From Thermoanaerobaculia bacterium (GTDB taxonomy: Bacteria > Acidobacteriota > Thermoanaerobaculia > UBA5066): a stretch of 64,000 nt of DNA. Made by a program: the position numbers and the translations under genes. A model generated the notes under the pieces. The model had not been told where the DNA came from and did no database searches. It was given only the letters and a program-made list of their open reading frames with translations. The stretch spans positions 32,001-96,000 of the forward strand of contig CAWFJJ010000008.1 in assembly GCA_963816185.1 (NCBI GenBank), in the 5' to 3' direction. Shown here one piece after another: positions 52,802 through 62,909 of the stretch (within the stretch, counting starts at the first letter, position 1; every line of letters begins with the position of its first letter).

Positions 52802-53370
52802 CGCGCGCCGCTCGCCGTCCACTCGAAGATTCCCGACCGCACCCAGGCGGTCTCGGCGCTCGTCGGCACGACTCCGAGGGCCACGCCGCTCCCGTAGAGG
52901 CAGCGCACGCGGACCAGAAGCTTCTTGCCGAGCAGGTGGTCGCCCATCGTGAAGAACGGCAGCCCCGGCACTCTCGTGAGCGAGGCCGCTGCCTCCTCGC
53001 GCGTCGGCACGACCCTCGTGTCGAGCAGGCGCTCGTCGAGACGGCGCTCGACGGCGTAGTCGGACGTGACGGGACGGTAGCGGGCCGTCACCGCGTAGCG
53101 CCTCTCGTCCTTGAGGCCGTCGAACCAGAGATTCCGAAACGAAAAGAGGCGCAGCTCCCACTTGACGGTCGTGGGAAGGCCCGAGGCGAGGCGCTGAAGC
53201 ACGTCATCGGGCAGGGCCGGCGAGAGGCGCGTGTCGACGTGCAAGTCGCGTCCCACGACCCACGTCGAAACCCCGGCAACCACCGGGCCGTCGTCGGAAA
53301 TGATCGCCCGGGCCGGGCCCGCCCAGGCGAGAAGGACAGCCAGAAAGGTGGTGGCGGTCGCGCGGCGCAC
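52798..53370 (-). CDS. DUF4390-like secreted protein upstream of ntrYX
   Basis: Signal peptide, L.SGLP, W.D, RY.PVT..Y; typical position before ntrY. Confidence 0.7.
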   Translation of the reverse strand: MRRATATTFLAVLLAWAGPARAIISDDGPVVAGVSTWVVGRDLHVDTRLSPALPDDVLQRLASGLPTTVKWELRLFSFRNLWFDGLKDERRYAVTARYRPVTSDYAVERRLDERLLDTRVVPTREEAAASLTRVPGLPFFTMGDHLLGKKLLVRVRCLYGSGVALGVVPTSAETAWVRSGIFEWTASGAR

Positions 53371-53402
53371 CCCCCGACTTTAGCGGGTCGGCTCTGTTCC
53401 GG

Positions 53403-54290
53403 TCAGATTCGTGCGCTCAGACCCGCCGCGTGCGCCTGTGTCCCCGCAGGGGTCGCGAAGACCGTGCGGCTTTCCTCGCGCAGAAGGCGTGCGAGAGCTG
53501 CGTGCATCGCGTGGCCGGCCTTGTGCGCGACGACGTGGCCGAGCACCGGGCGTCCCACGAGCGCGAGATCACCGAGGAGATCGAGGGCCTTGTGGCGCAC
53601 GAACTCGTCCGCGAAGCGCAGGTTGCCGTTCTCGACGCGGTCGTCGCCGACCACGATGCAGTTGTCCTCCCGCGCTCCCCGAGCAAGGCCGTGCGCCTTG
53701 AGCATCTCGTACTCGGCGAGGAACCCGAACGTGCGGGCCGGTGCGATGTGCGCGGCGTAGGACTCGGGCGTGAGGACCACGGTGATCGACTGCCGGCCGA
53801 CGGCGGGGTTCGGGAAATCGATCGTGTACGTCACGCGCAGGTCGCGGGCGGGGCGAATCTCGATCTTCCTGCCGCCCGACTCGGCGATGGCGACGACGCG
53901 TGACGGGACGAACGGGACGGCGCGCGCGTTCAGTGCGACGAGGCCGGCGGTCTCGAAGGCGTCGAGCCAGGGGAGCGCGCTGCCGTCGAGGATGGGGATC
54001 TCGGGGCCGTCGACCTCCACGAGCAGGTTGTCGAGGCCCGCGCCCACGGCCGCGGAAAGCAGGTGCTCCACGGTGGCGACGTCGCGGCCGTGCTCGCCGA
54101 GGGACGTCGCGTGGTCGAAGCGTCCTGCCGCCTCGGCGACGGCCGGAATGAAGGCGTCGACATCGGACCGGTAGAAGACGATCCCGTGGTCTGCGCGGGC
54201 CGGATGCAGAACCACCCGGACGTGCCGACCCGTGTGCAGGCCGATTCCAGCCAGCCGGACGCGCCGGACGAGGGTGCTCTGGGCGCGCAT
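53403..54290 (-). CDS. lpxC: UDP-3-O-acyl-N-acetylglucosamine deacetylase
   Basis: GIGLHTG, TVEHLLSA, PILDGSA, ARTFGF, HKALDLLGDL and GHAMH. Confidence 0.97.
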   Translation of the reverse strand: MRAQSTLVRRVRLAGIGLHTGRHVRVVLHPARADHGIVFYRSDVDAFIPAVAEAAGRFDHATSLGEHGRDVATVEHLLSAAVGAGLDNLLVEVDGPEIPILDGSALPWLDAFETAGLVALNARAVPFVPSRVVAIAESGGRKIEIRPARDLRVTYTIDFPNPAVGRQSITVVLTPESYAAHIAPARTFGFLAEYEMLKAHGLARGAREDNCIVVGDDRVENGNLRFADEFVRHKALDLLGDLALVGRPVLGHVVAHKAGHAMHAALARLLREESRTVFATPAGTQAHAAGLSARI

Positions 54291-54495
54291 TCAGGCCGGG
54301 AAGTGCACGGGGGATGCCACGGCCCAGACACGTTTTTCCTCGGGATTTCGCGTATCACGGCCTCCTGCGGAGACAAAGGGTGTGGCGGAAACCCCTCACC
54401 TGCGGCTTTTCCGTCACACCGCCCGGCGAGAGGCCCGGCGAGAGCCGTTCGCGCAGAATGGCGGCTGATATCCTCGTCGCTTCGGGGAGGCTGCC

Positions 54496-56229
54496 GTGCT
54501 CGCGCCCGCTGAGGAGAAGTACTATCAGGACTTTCTCGCCGTGCTCGGCCAGAAGTGGAGGCCGGCCAAGGCGGCTTTCTACACGCTCGATCCCGCGAGC
54601 GACACGTTTCGCCTGAAGGCGCAGTTCGGCTTCGGACGCACGGACCATCTCGCCGAGCGCCTCGGCCGCAACGACGCGCTCGTCAATCACCTCTACGAGC
54701 ACCGCGAGCCCACCTTCGTCAACAACGTGAACCTCGCGGGAAAGCTGACGGACGCGATGGTCCAGGCGACGTCCACGCACCTGCTCCTGGCCCCTCTCTA
54801 CCTCGACGGGCGAATCATGGGGCTCGTCGACGTGCGCGAGAAGGCCGGCCGCCAGGGCTTTTCGCAGGACGACGTGCTCGAGATTTCCGACCTCCTGCGC
54901 CGCTTCGCGATCGAGCTGCGCCGCATCGCGGATGCGCGCAGCGAAAGCATGATTTTCTCCGAGGCTGCGCCACAGATCGAACGTCCGCTCGACCGCACGC
55001 CCGCCGTGACGGCTCCCCCCTCCCCGCTCGAGCGCACGTCGGGCTTCTCGACGGCGCAGCTCAGCACGTCAGGCATCCATCGGCGGCCCGCGGCGTCGGT
55101 GGCCGATCCCGAGGTCGACATGACGCTCCCGAGCGCGATCGCGCGGGCGAATCGTCTCGTCGAGGAGACGCTCTCGCGCAGCGCACCCGCGAAGGTCGCC
55201 GCGGCGGCGGGCGGCGGTCTCACGCCGCACGAGGCCGAATTCATCGCCCTGTACCTTCCCACGTGTCTCAGCTACGAAGAGGTCGAGGTGGCCGCCGTCT
55301 CCTCCTTCGTGCCCGGGGGAGCGACCGTCGCGATCGCGGCGAGGCGTCCGCTCGATCCGGATATCGCGCCCGCGCTCCTCGAGAACCTCGAGAAGATCTT
55401 CGCGAAGACGGCCGTCCCGTTCCCGTTCACGTCCGATCCGTCCTGGCGGCCTCTCGACACGCCCCACGCGGACGCGCCCGCGATACGCCGGGCCGAGATC
55501 GTCTCCATCCAGTCGAGCGTTCTCGACAGCTCGACGGAGGGCGTCGTCCTGTTCTCGCTTCTGTTCCGTCACGGACCGAACCCCGAGGTCCGCGAGGCGC
55601 TGCGCGCGGCGCACGTGGTCCTCCGAAACGTCCTCGCCGGCAACCGCAGCGAGGCCCGCTTCCGCGAGGCGTACCGGGGGCTCGTCAACAAGCTCCTCGA
55701 GCCCGGCCTGCTGAAGCGCACCGCCCTGAAGACGCACTGTTTCAACGTGGGCCGAATGGCCCGCAAGCTCGCCGCCCAGCTCGGCGTGACGCCGATGGAG
55801 GTCGAGCAGATCACCGTGGCCGGAATCCTCCACGACGTCGGCATGCGCGAGCTCAGCTACGAGACGATCTACACCAAGCGCACGCTGACCGACGAGGAGA
55901 TGACCCTCGTGCGCCAGCATCCGCGCGTCGGGGCGTTTCTCGTCGAGGACATTCCGTGGCCGTACCCGATCGCCCCGCTCATCCGGCACCACCACGAGCG
56001 GTGGGACGGCGGCGGCTATCCCGACGGCCTGAAGGGCGACGAGATCCCGCTCGGCTCGCGCCTCATCCATCTGTGCGAAGCGTTCGACGCCATGACGTCT
56101 CCGACCTCGTACCGCGCCGTCCTGTCGGATTACCAGGCCATCGACATCCTCGACTCGAAGGCGGGCACGCAGTTCGATCCCGAGCTCACGCCCGAGTTCA
56201 AGCGGATGGTCGCGGACGCGTCGGACTGA
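54496..56229 (+). CDS. GAF + HD-GYP domain protein (putative cyclic dinucleotide phosphodiesterase)
   Basis: N-terminal GAF-like region (LLAPL..DG..MG). ILHDVG, HHERWDGGGYPDGLKG and GTQFDP. Confidence 0.9.
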   Translation: MLAPAEEKYYQDFLAVLGQKWRPAKAAFYTLDPASDTFRLKAQFGFGRTDHLAERLGRNDALVNHLYEHREPTFVNNVNLAGKLTDAMVQATSTHLLLAPLYLDGRIMGLVDVREKAGRQGFSQDDVLEISDLLRRFAIELRRIADARSESMIFSEAAPQIERPLDRTPAVTAPPSPLERTSGFSTAQLSTSGIHRRPAASVADPEVDMTLPSAIARANRLVEETLSRSAPAKVAAAAGGGLTPHEAEFIALYLPTCLSYEEVEVAAVSSFVPGGATVAIAARRPLDPDIAPALLENLEKIFAKTAVPFPFTSDPSWRPLDTPHADAPAIRRAEIVSIQSSVLDSSTEGVVLFSLLFRHGPNPEVREALRAAHVVLRNVLAGNRSEARFREAYRGLVNKLLEPGLLKRTALKTHCFNVGRMARKLAAQLGVTPMEVEQITVAGILHDVGMRELSYETIYTKRTLTDEEMTLVRQHPRVGAFLVEDIPWPYPIAPLIRHHHERWDGGGYPDGLKGDEIPLGSRLIHLCEAFDAMTSPTSYRAVLSDYQAIDILDSKAGTQFDPELTPEFKRMVADASD

Positions 56230-56242
56230 CCGGGGGCCTTCC

Positions 56243-56761
56243 GTGAAGTCCCGGATCGAGAGGCTGGGCGAGAAGGCGGCCGCGCGCGCGGCCCAGAAGA
56301 ACGCCGGGAACCGCCCGATCGCGTCGAACCGGCGCGCGTTCCACGAGTACAACATCGAGGAGAAGCTCGAGGCCGGCGTCGCGCTGACCGGCACCGAGGT
56401 GAAATCCCTGCGCGAAGGCAGGGCCAGTCTGCAGGACGGGTACGTGGCGGTGACCGGCGGGGAGGCCTGGCTGTGGAACGTCCACATCCCGCCTTACGGG
56501 GCGGGCAGCTACAACAACGTCGACTCGAAGCGGAACCGCAAGCTCCTCCTCCACAAACGCGAGATCGTCCGCCTCGGCTCGAAGATCCAGCGGTCGGGCG
56601 CCACGTGCGTGCCCCTCAATCTCTATTTCAAGGGCTCGCGGGTCAAAGTCGAGATCGCGCTCGTGACCGGCAAGAAGCTGCACGACAAGCGCGAGACGAT
56701 CCGCCGCCGCGAGGCCGACCGCGAAGCGCGCGCCGAGATGAAGTCCGCGCGGCGGCGATAG
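56243..56761 (+). CDS. smpB: SsrA-binding protein
   Basis: NRRAFHEY, EAGVALTGTEVKSLR, RKLLLHKREI and GKKLHDKRE. Confidence 0.97.
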   Translation: MKSRIERLGEKAAARAAQKNAGNRPIASNRRAFHEYNIEEKLEAGVALTGTEVKSLREGRASLQDGYVAVTGGEAWLWNVHIPPYGAGSYNNVDSKRNRKLLLHKREIVRLGSKIQRSGATCVPLNLYFKGSRVKVEIALVTGKKLHDKRETIRRREADREARAEMKSARRR

Positions 56762-56767
56762 ACACGG

Positions 56768-58699
56768 ATGCGCGGGGATCGGTTCCCCCGTCTTTTGAAG
56801 CTCGACCGGGGCGATCTCGGCGCGCTCGTTCTCGCGCTCCTCTACGCGATCGTTTTCAGCGTCCTGTCGCTGCTCCGTCACGCGGCGTTCGAGACGCATG
56901 CGTTCGACCTCGGTCTTCACCATCAGGCGACATGGAACACCCTTCACGGACGGTTCTTCCAGTACACCCTTCACGCCATGGATCGCTACGACCTGCCGAT
57001 CCTTCTCGGCGACCACGTCAACCTCATCCTCCTTCTCGCGCTTCCGTTCTACCGGCTCTTCGAGGGAGCGGGGACCCTTCTCGTCCTTCAGTCCCTGGTC
57101 ATCGGAAGCGCGGCGTTCCCCCTTTTCCGGGTCGCCCGCGAGGTGACGGGTGGCACGGCGGCTGCGCTGCTGCTCGTCACCGCCTATCTTCTCAACCCGG
57201 CGCTTCACGCCGCGAATCTCTTCGACTTCCACGCGATCGTCCCCGGGGCGGCGTTCCTCGTCTGGGCCCTCTCGCGGGCGCAGGCGGGTGGCACCTGGAG
57301 CCTCGCCGTCGCGGTGGCTCTCGCCCTCCTCTGCCAGGAGAACGTCGCGCTCGCCGTGGTCTGTCTCGGCATCGCCGTGTTCCTACTTGGGCGACGCCGT
57401 GCGGGTGTAGGCGTCGCCGCAGCGGGAGTCGCGTGGTTCGTCCTCTGCTTCTATGTCCTCCTCCCGCATTTCAATCCGGGAATAGGCTCCATCTACGTTT
57501 CGCGCTATAGCGAGTTCGGCGGCACTCCCTCCGCCGTCGTGCTCGGCCTCCTTCGCAACCCGTCCCGCCTCGTCTCGCGCCTCCTCGAGCCCGGAACGCG
57601 CGACTGGCTCTTCTCCTTATTTGCGCCGTTCGGATTCGTCCCGCTCCTGGCGCCGCAGATCCTGATCGTCGGAGCAAGCGAGCTGTTCCTCAACCTGCTC
57701 TCGTCCTTCCCGCTCCAGCGGACGATCGACTTCCAGTACACGGCCATCCTCCTGGCCGCGGCCGCGCTGGCCTCGCCGTGGGGAACGAGAGCGATCGCGC
57801 GCCCGATCGGCTCCCGGTTCCGCCTCAACCCCCGGATGGCCGCGGCGATCGTCGCCGGGCTCGTCCTCGTCTGCACGGTCGGGTTCCAAGTCGTCCGCTG
57901 GAGCACCCTTCGAATCCTCGCGGATCCCTACCGGACGTCTTATCGCGTGACGGACCATGACCGGATGGCGCCCCGTTTTCTGGACGCGATCCCGCCGGGA
58001 GCGACCGTCTCGGCCCAGGATGCCATCGTGCCGCATCTCAACCGTCCCGTGATCTGGTGGTTCCCGCAGGTGCGGAACGCCGACGCCGTCCTCCTCGACC
58101 TTTCGGGAGGGATCTTCCCCGTTGCCCTCTTCCGTCTTCGCGGGCAGTCCCCGGAGGCCAGCTACTACGAGTACGTACAGCGCCTCCTCGCCCACGGGGC
58201 CTATCGGATCGAGGACGCAGCCGACGGCTGGCTTCGCCTCTCCCGCGCGCGCGGGCTCCCTCCGGCCGACGCCATCCGGCCGGGCGCGGACGGCGGTCCT
58301 CCTCCCGTCCTCTTCCGCGCGGGGGTGCGGATCCTCGATGCCCCGGTTCTCGCGACGGCCTCCGCGCGCATGCCGCTCGTCGTCGAGATCGAAAACCTCT
58401 CCGAGGCGGTCTTCTTCTCCCGCGCCGAGGCGCCCGCCGGGTACGCCACCGGCGTGGCGGCTTACTGGATCGATCCGGTCGCAGGCACCGGAGTCGACCG
58501 CGGAGAACGCCTCTGGCTTCCGGTGCGCGTCGACCCAGGAAAGCGCGCGACGATCGAGGGCGAGGTGACGGCGCCGGCGGAGCCAGGGTTCTGGCTTCTC
58601 TATCTCGACGTCGTCACCGACCGCGTGGCCCGCTTCAGCGAGAAAGGCTCGCCGACCGCCTCGATGCCGGTGACAATCACGCCCGCCCCGGCGCCGTGA
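56768..58699 (+). CDS. DUF2079-like (GT-C fold) polytopic membrane protein with C-terminal Ig/NBR1-like domain
   Basis: FDLG..QATW, LGDH, FDFH, CQE and FQY. C-terminus RLWLP..V.PG..V.AP.EPG..L.LD.V. Confidence 0.8.
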   Translation: MRGDRFPRLLKLDRGDLGALVLALLYAIVFSVLSLLRHAAFETHAFDLGLHHQATWNTLHGRFFQYTLHAMDRYDLPILLGDHVNLILLLALPFYRLFEGAGTLLVLQSLVIGSAAFPLFRVAREVTGGTAAALLLVTAYLLNPALHAANLFDFHAIVPGAAFLVWALSRAQAGGTWSLAVAVALALLCQENVALAVVCLGIAVFLLGRRRAGVGVAAAGVAWFVLCFYVLLPHFNPGIGSIYVSRYSEFGGTPSAVVLGLLRNPSRLVSRLLEPGTRDWLFSLFAPFGFVPLLAPQILIVGASELFLNLLSSFPLQRTIDFQYTAILLAAAALASPWGTRAIARPIGSRFRLNPRMAAAIVAGLVLVCTVGFQVVRWSTLRILADPYRTSYRVTDHDRMAPRFLDAIPPGATVSAQDAIVPHLNRPVIWWFPQVRNADAVLLDLSGGIFPVALFRLRGQSPEASYYEYVQRLLAHGAYRIEDAADGWLRLSRARGLPPADAIRPGADGGPPPVLFRAGVRILDAPVLATASARMPLVVEIENLSEAVFFSRAEAPAGYATGVAAYWIDPVAGTGVDRGERLWLPVRVDPGKRATIEGEVTAPAEPGFWLLYLDVVTDRVARFSEKGSPTASMPVTITPAPAP

Positions 58700-58822
58700 T
58701 CTCCCCAATCCGCAACGGCGATCAAGTTTGCCGGCCGGCGTTGAACTTCCTGGCCCATCCTCACGGCCAGAAACAGCAGTAGTGCAGAGTCAGGACGGTC
58801 GTACAATAAGAACGATCATTCC

Positions 58823-60508
58823 GTGGCTAGAGATGGGAAAGCGCTTCGCGCAGGCCTTCTTCTGGTGGCACTCTGCGTTCTCGCGCAGACCCTCTACGCA
58901 ATGTGGCTGAACACGCTGCTGTACGCGCGGACCGGACCGTTCTACGATTCCATGAGCTACCTGTACGACTACGCGACGATACGGACCGTGTCGCGAGACC
59001 AGGGCATCCAGGCAGGGCTCAAACTGGCATTCCACTCCGGCACGGTCTCGCTGCCGTGGATCTTCACTGCCTTATTCAGCCCCATCCTGCCATTGTCCCG
59101 GCACGGCGGCATCTGGTTTCAGGAGATCTGGGTGCTGTCGCTGGGGTGGTCCGTCTTCTTCTATCTGACGCGATATCGCCGTCTTCCGGCCGTCCGCGCG
59201 TTTTGCCTGACGCTGCCGTTTCTCGCGTTCCGCACGGTCTTCGCCGCCAATGGAGGTGTCTCGGATTTCCGGATGGACTTGATGTTGTATTTGCTGCTCT
59301 CCAACATGGGGGTGTGGTATCTGGTCACGTATGAGACGGCATCGTGGGGACCATGGGCGGCCAGCGGGCTGTTCCTTCTGTTGGCCATTCTGAACCGCGC
59401 CACATCTCCGGTTTATATGGTGGCGATGTTCGGGCCGTTGCTGGCGGCGCGGGTATTATTTGGCTCCCGGGCCGAACGGGACCACGTGGTGACGCGCGTG
59501 CTGGCATGCTGGGGCCCGCCCGCTGTTGTCGGCTCGTTCGTTCTGATATCGAACTTCGAGCTGCTCCACTATTACTATTTTGTGTGGGGCGCCGATCCGA
59601 ACGCGCATCTACCGCTGTCTCGGAGCCTGGGCCACGTGCTGCTGGCCGGCTCCAGCATCGGAGTTCCGTTGACGCTCGTCGGTGTCCCTGCGCTGTTCCT
59701 GCACCTGTGGGATGGGGGATCGGCGCTTGGCCGCAGTTGGCGGAACTGGGCGAAGGCGCTGGATTGGAGAGTGCTGTGGCTGGGGACGGCGCCGGTGCTC
59801 ATGTTGGTGATTCGGGGTGCTGGGCTGAATCCCTTTGTCTCCATGCCCGCGGTGTTTGGCTGGCTGCTGTTCTGCTGGCTCCCCTTTGCACGAGATCTCG
59901 GGGGCCGCTCCTTGAGCCGCAACGTGATGGCCGCGCTGGTTGTGGCGGCCTGCCTGGCGAACGCCGCCCAGGGCTACTGGATGCACGTGAATCCGCCGGG
60001 GCTGGCTCCGGCGATGCCGGCGCTACGCCGCGCGGTGGACCTGATGCGCGATGACACGCTGCGCGGGGGAAGGACTCTGGCCCGCTTCGCCACCGCGCAC
60101 ATCGCGGATTTTGATGCGCTGGGCTTGCGCAGCGTGCTGGTTTTCGAGTTTGGCGCCGCGCCGCGGAACAACGCGTTGACCTATGGGGACGTGACTTTTC
60201 GTGCCGAGGACACGGGTCAGTTCGGCCCTGCGGTACGTGCCTCCTGGGACCGCGACGTGGCCGGACGCAACGACGAAGAGAAGCTGGCGACGCTGGTTTC
60301 TCTTGCCTCTAAAGATCTCGACTACGTCTTTCTGCCGGACGCGCGGTCGCTCGACTGGCTGGAGAAGAACCGCGCTTTCAACTTCGCGAACACGAAGACG
60401 CGGGCGTTGAAGTCGAGGCTGCTGGCGACCGGACAATGGGAGCCGCTGGGAGAGCCGCTGGTAGCGTCGGCGAACGAGACCGTGCAGCTCTACCGGAGGC
60501 GCCGGTAA
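58823..60508 (+). CDS. Hypothetical polytopic membrane protein, possible GT-C glycosyltransferase
   Basis: About 10 TM segments, PFYDSMSY after TM1, DFRMD; atypical codon usage. Confidence 0.65.
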   Translation: MARDGKALRAGLLLVALCVLAQTLYAMWLNTLLYARTGPFYDSMSYLYDYATIRTVSRDQGIQAGLKLAFHSGTVSLPWIFTALFSPILPLSRHGGIWFQEIWVLSLGWSVFFYLTRYRRLPAVRAFCLTLPFLAFRTVFAANGGVSDFRMDLMLYLLLSNMGVWYLVTYETASWGPWAASGLFLLLAILNRATSPVYMVAMFGPLLAARVLFGSRAERDHVVTRVLACWGPPAVVGSFVLISNFELLHYYYFVWGADPNAHLPLSRSLGHVLLAGSSIGVPLTLVGVPALFLHLWDGGSALGRSWRNWAKALDWRVLWLGTAPVLMLVIRGAGLNPFVSMPAVFGWLLFCWLPFARDLGGRSLSRNVMAALVVAACLANAAQGYWMHVNPPGLAPAMPALRRAVDLMRDDTLRGGRTLARFATAHIADFDALGLRSVLVFEFGAAPRNNALTYGDVTFRAEDTGQFGPAVRASWDRDVAGRNDEEKLATLVSLASKDLDYVFLPDARSLDWLEKNRAFNFANTKTRALKSRLLATGQWEPLGEPLVASANETVQLYRRRR

Positions 60509-60798
60509 CGGGCGGTTGCCGAAGGCTGGGCTCGGCGCAGCCCGCGGGCCATGGCCCGGCATGTCCGAGCCTCGCGAGGACCCGGCGAGTTGACGAAAAC
60601 TGCGCGGTGTTCCCCTGCTGGCCACCGAATTTTGGCAGCGCTGGTCCTCCGAGATGCCGAACCAGGCGCCGGAAGCGGGCTCGCCGGTGACGCCCTCACA
60701 GAGTAAGATCAACATAACGTTAGGGTTCCGCACTTCATGGCGAAGATCTCACTTTCGGGCGCCCGGCAGGGGTTGCGGCAAGGACTGTGAATACGGGA

Positions 60799-62909
60799 AT
60801 GAATTGGTTTCGGCGTACGGGAAGACGTGTCGCTGCCAACCGTCTCCTCGGCCGCACCCTCCTTGCGGTCGCGGTGGCGGCGGCGCTCGGAATCGCCGCG
60901 CGCGGAATGGCGCCGGCCAGGGCTCCCGAAGCTCTTCGCGGCGGCGACCCGGGCCGAATCGTCGATTTGCCGGGGGACCGCGGTCCGGGTGAGCTCCTGG
61001 AATTCGACGAACGCCTCGTTCCCGCGCTTCTCTCGCTGGCGCCTGAGGCCGAGCTCGACATGGCGGACTGGCCAGTCGCTCCCGGTATCCGACGCACCGT
61101 TCGCCTCGCGCGTCATGACATCTACGCGCCCGGTGCCCGCATGCTCCGCGTCGAGGGCGAGAGCACGAGAGAGCTTCCACGCTCGCGCCTCGTGTTCCTG
61201 TGGGGTACGGACGACGCGGGCGGCGGCGTCCTGGTCTCGATCGACCCCGAGTCGCACACGCTGCAAGGGCACTTCTACGGGCCGGACGGCGTCTACGAGC
61301 TCGCGCCGGACGCTTCCGACCGGAGCGGGCGGCACCTTCTCGCCCGGCCTGTTGTTCCGGAAGGAGCCACGTGGGCGTGCGGCGTGGAGGACTCCCCCGA
61401 GGCGGCGGCTTCATGGCAGCCTTCACCGAAAACGCGAACCGAATCCTTCGCCATCCACCCGAACGTTCTGAACTCGCTCCACAGCGGGGTCGTCGCGATC
61501 GACACCGACAACGAGTACATGGCGTACTGGTCGAACAACACGACGAACGTCACGAACTACATCGCGACTCTCCTCGCTTCGATCAACGTGATGTACGAGC
61601 GCGACCTGAACCTGCGCCTGCTGCAAGGCACGACGGTCCTGCGTGTCTCGACGACTGCGGACCCGTACACGACGACAGGCACGCCCTCGGGGAGCTGTAT
61701 AAGTGGCTCGGGCAACGCGGACTGTCCCCGCCTCGCAGAGTTCACGAACTACTGGAACTCGAACTATCCGAAGTCGACGTATCCGCGCTCCGTCGCGACG
61801 CTGCTGTCCGGCAAGCAGCCGGACTCCAGCTCGGCGTCCGGCATCGCCTGGATCGCGAGCTCGGTCTGCGGAAGCTCCTACGACTACAGCTTCTGCCAGC
61901 TCTTCAAGGTGAGCTACCTCTACGGCGACACCCTCATCGTCGGACACGAGATCGGCCACAACCTCGGCTCGCCCCACACGCACTGCTACGCGGACCCGAA
62001 GCCGGATACGTGCTACGCGGGGGAGTCGGGAACCAACTGCTTCTCGGGGACGCCGAGCTGTCCCGCTCCGCTGATGATCAACGGCTACAACGCGACGGGC
62101 ACGATCATGAGCTACTGCCAGCTCTCGCCCTGCAGCTCCGTCTCGACGCTTGTGTTCCATCCCTCGACGATCTCGCGGTACGTGGGATCCACGCTGGACG
62201 CGGGCGCTTCCTCCGGCTGTCTCGCCGTCGTCGGAGGCTCGACGCCGACCCCGACATCGACGCCCACGCCGACCTGGACGCCAACGCGGACTCCCACGGC
62301 GACCTGGACCCCTACGAGAACCCCGATTCCTACGCCGACGTCCACGCCCACGAGGACCCCGACCTTCACGCCGACGTCCACACCGACGCCTCCGCCCGGG
62401 GCGACGTTCACGCCGACGCCAACGCGGACGCCCACGCCGACTCCGCCTTCCGGATCGACTCTCACGCCGACCCCGACACCCACGCGCACGCCGACGATGA
62501 CGCCGACGCCGACGAGGCCGCCTGTCTCGGGCACGTGGCTCTACACGCTCACGCCCTGCCGCATTCTGGACACGCGCAACCCGGTTGGGCCGCTCGGTGG
62601 ACCCGCGATCGGCGGGGGTTCTCAGCGCACTTTCACGCTCCCGCCCGCGTGCGGGGTTCCGTCCAGCGCAAAGTCCGTTTCGGCGAACGTCACCGTCGTG
62701 AACGCGGGAGCCCAGGGCAACCTCGTCATCTACCCTGCGACGCTCGCCGCGCGCCGAACACGTCGACCATCAGCTTCCGGGCGGGACAGACGCGCGCGAA
62801 CAACGCGCAGCTTCTCCTCTCCACGGACGGCACGGGCCGGATCACGGTGAAGAACAACGCGGCGGGTGCACTCGATCTCGTTCTCGACGTGAACGGCTAC
62901 TTCAAGTGA
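60799..62909 (+). CDS. Secreted M12 (reprolysin-like) zinc metalloprotease with Pro/Thr linker and C-terminal PCR..DTR domain; frameshift near 62750
   Basis: Prodomain with [23 protein letters not shown] and Met-turn TIMSYC. C-terminus [25 protein letters not shown] is completed in another frame. Confidence 0.9.
62242..62520 (+). repeat. Pro/Thr-rich (PT)n coding linker
   Basis: [19 protein letters not shown]... degenerate ACGCCG repeats. Confidence 0.9.

Noticed and set aside
56761-60798. tmRNA (ssrA) or an integrase next to smpB
   Set aside because: No tmRNA 5'/3' signature, integrase motif or att repeat seen.
60509-60798. Riboswitch in the GC-rich gap before the protease
   Set aside because: Only short GC stems expected by chance; no recognisable aptamer consensus.
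62242-62520. Repeat array as CRISPR or satellite
   Set aside because: Degenerate in-frame Pro/Thr codons with no spacers or cas genes.
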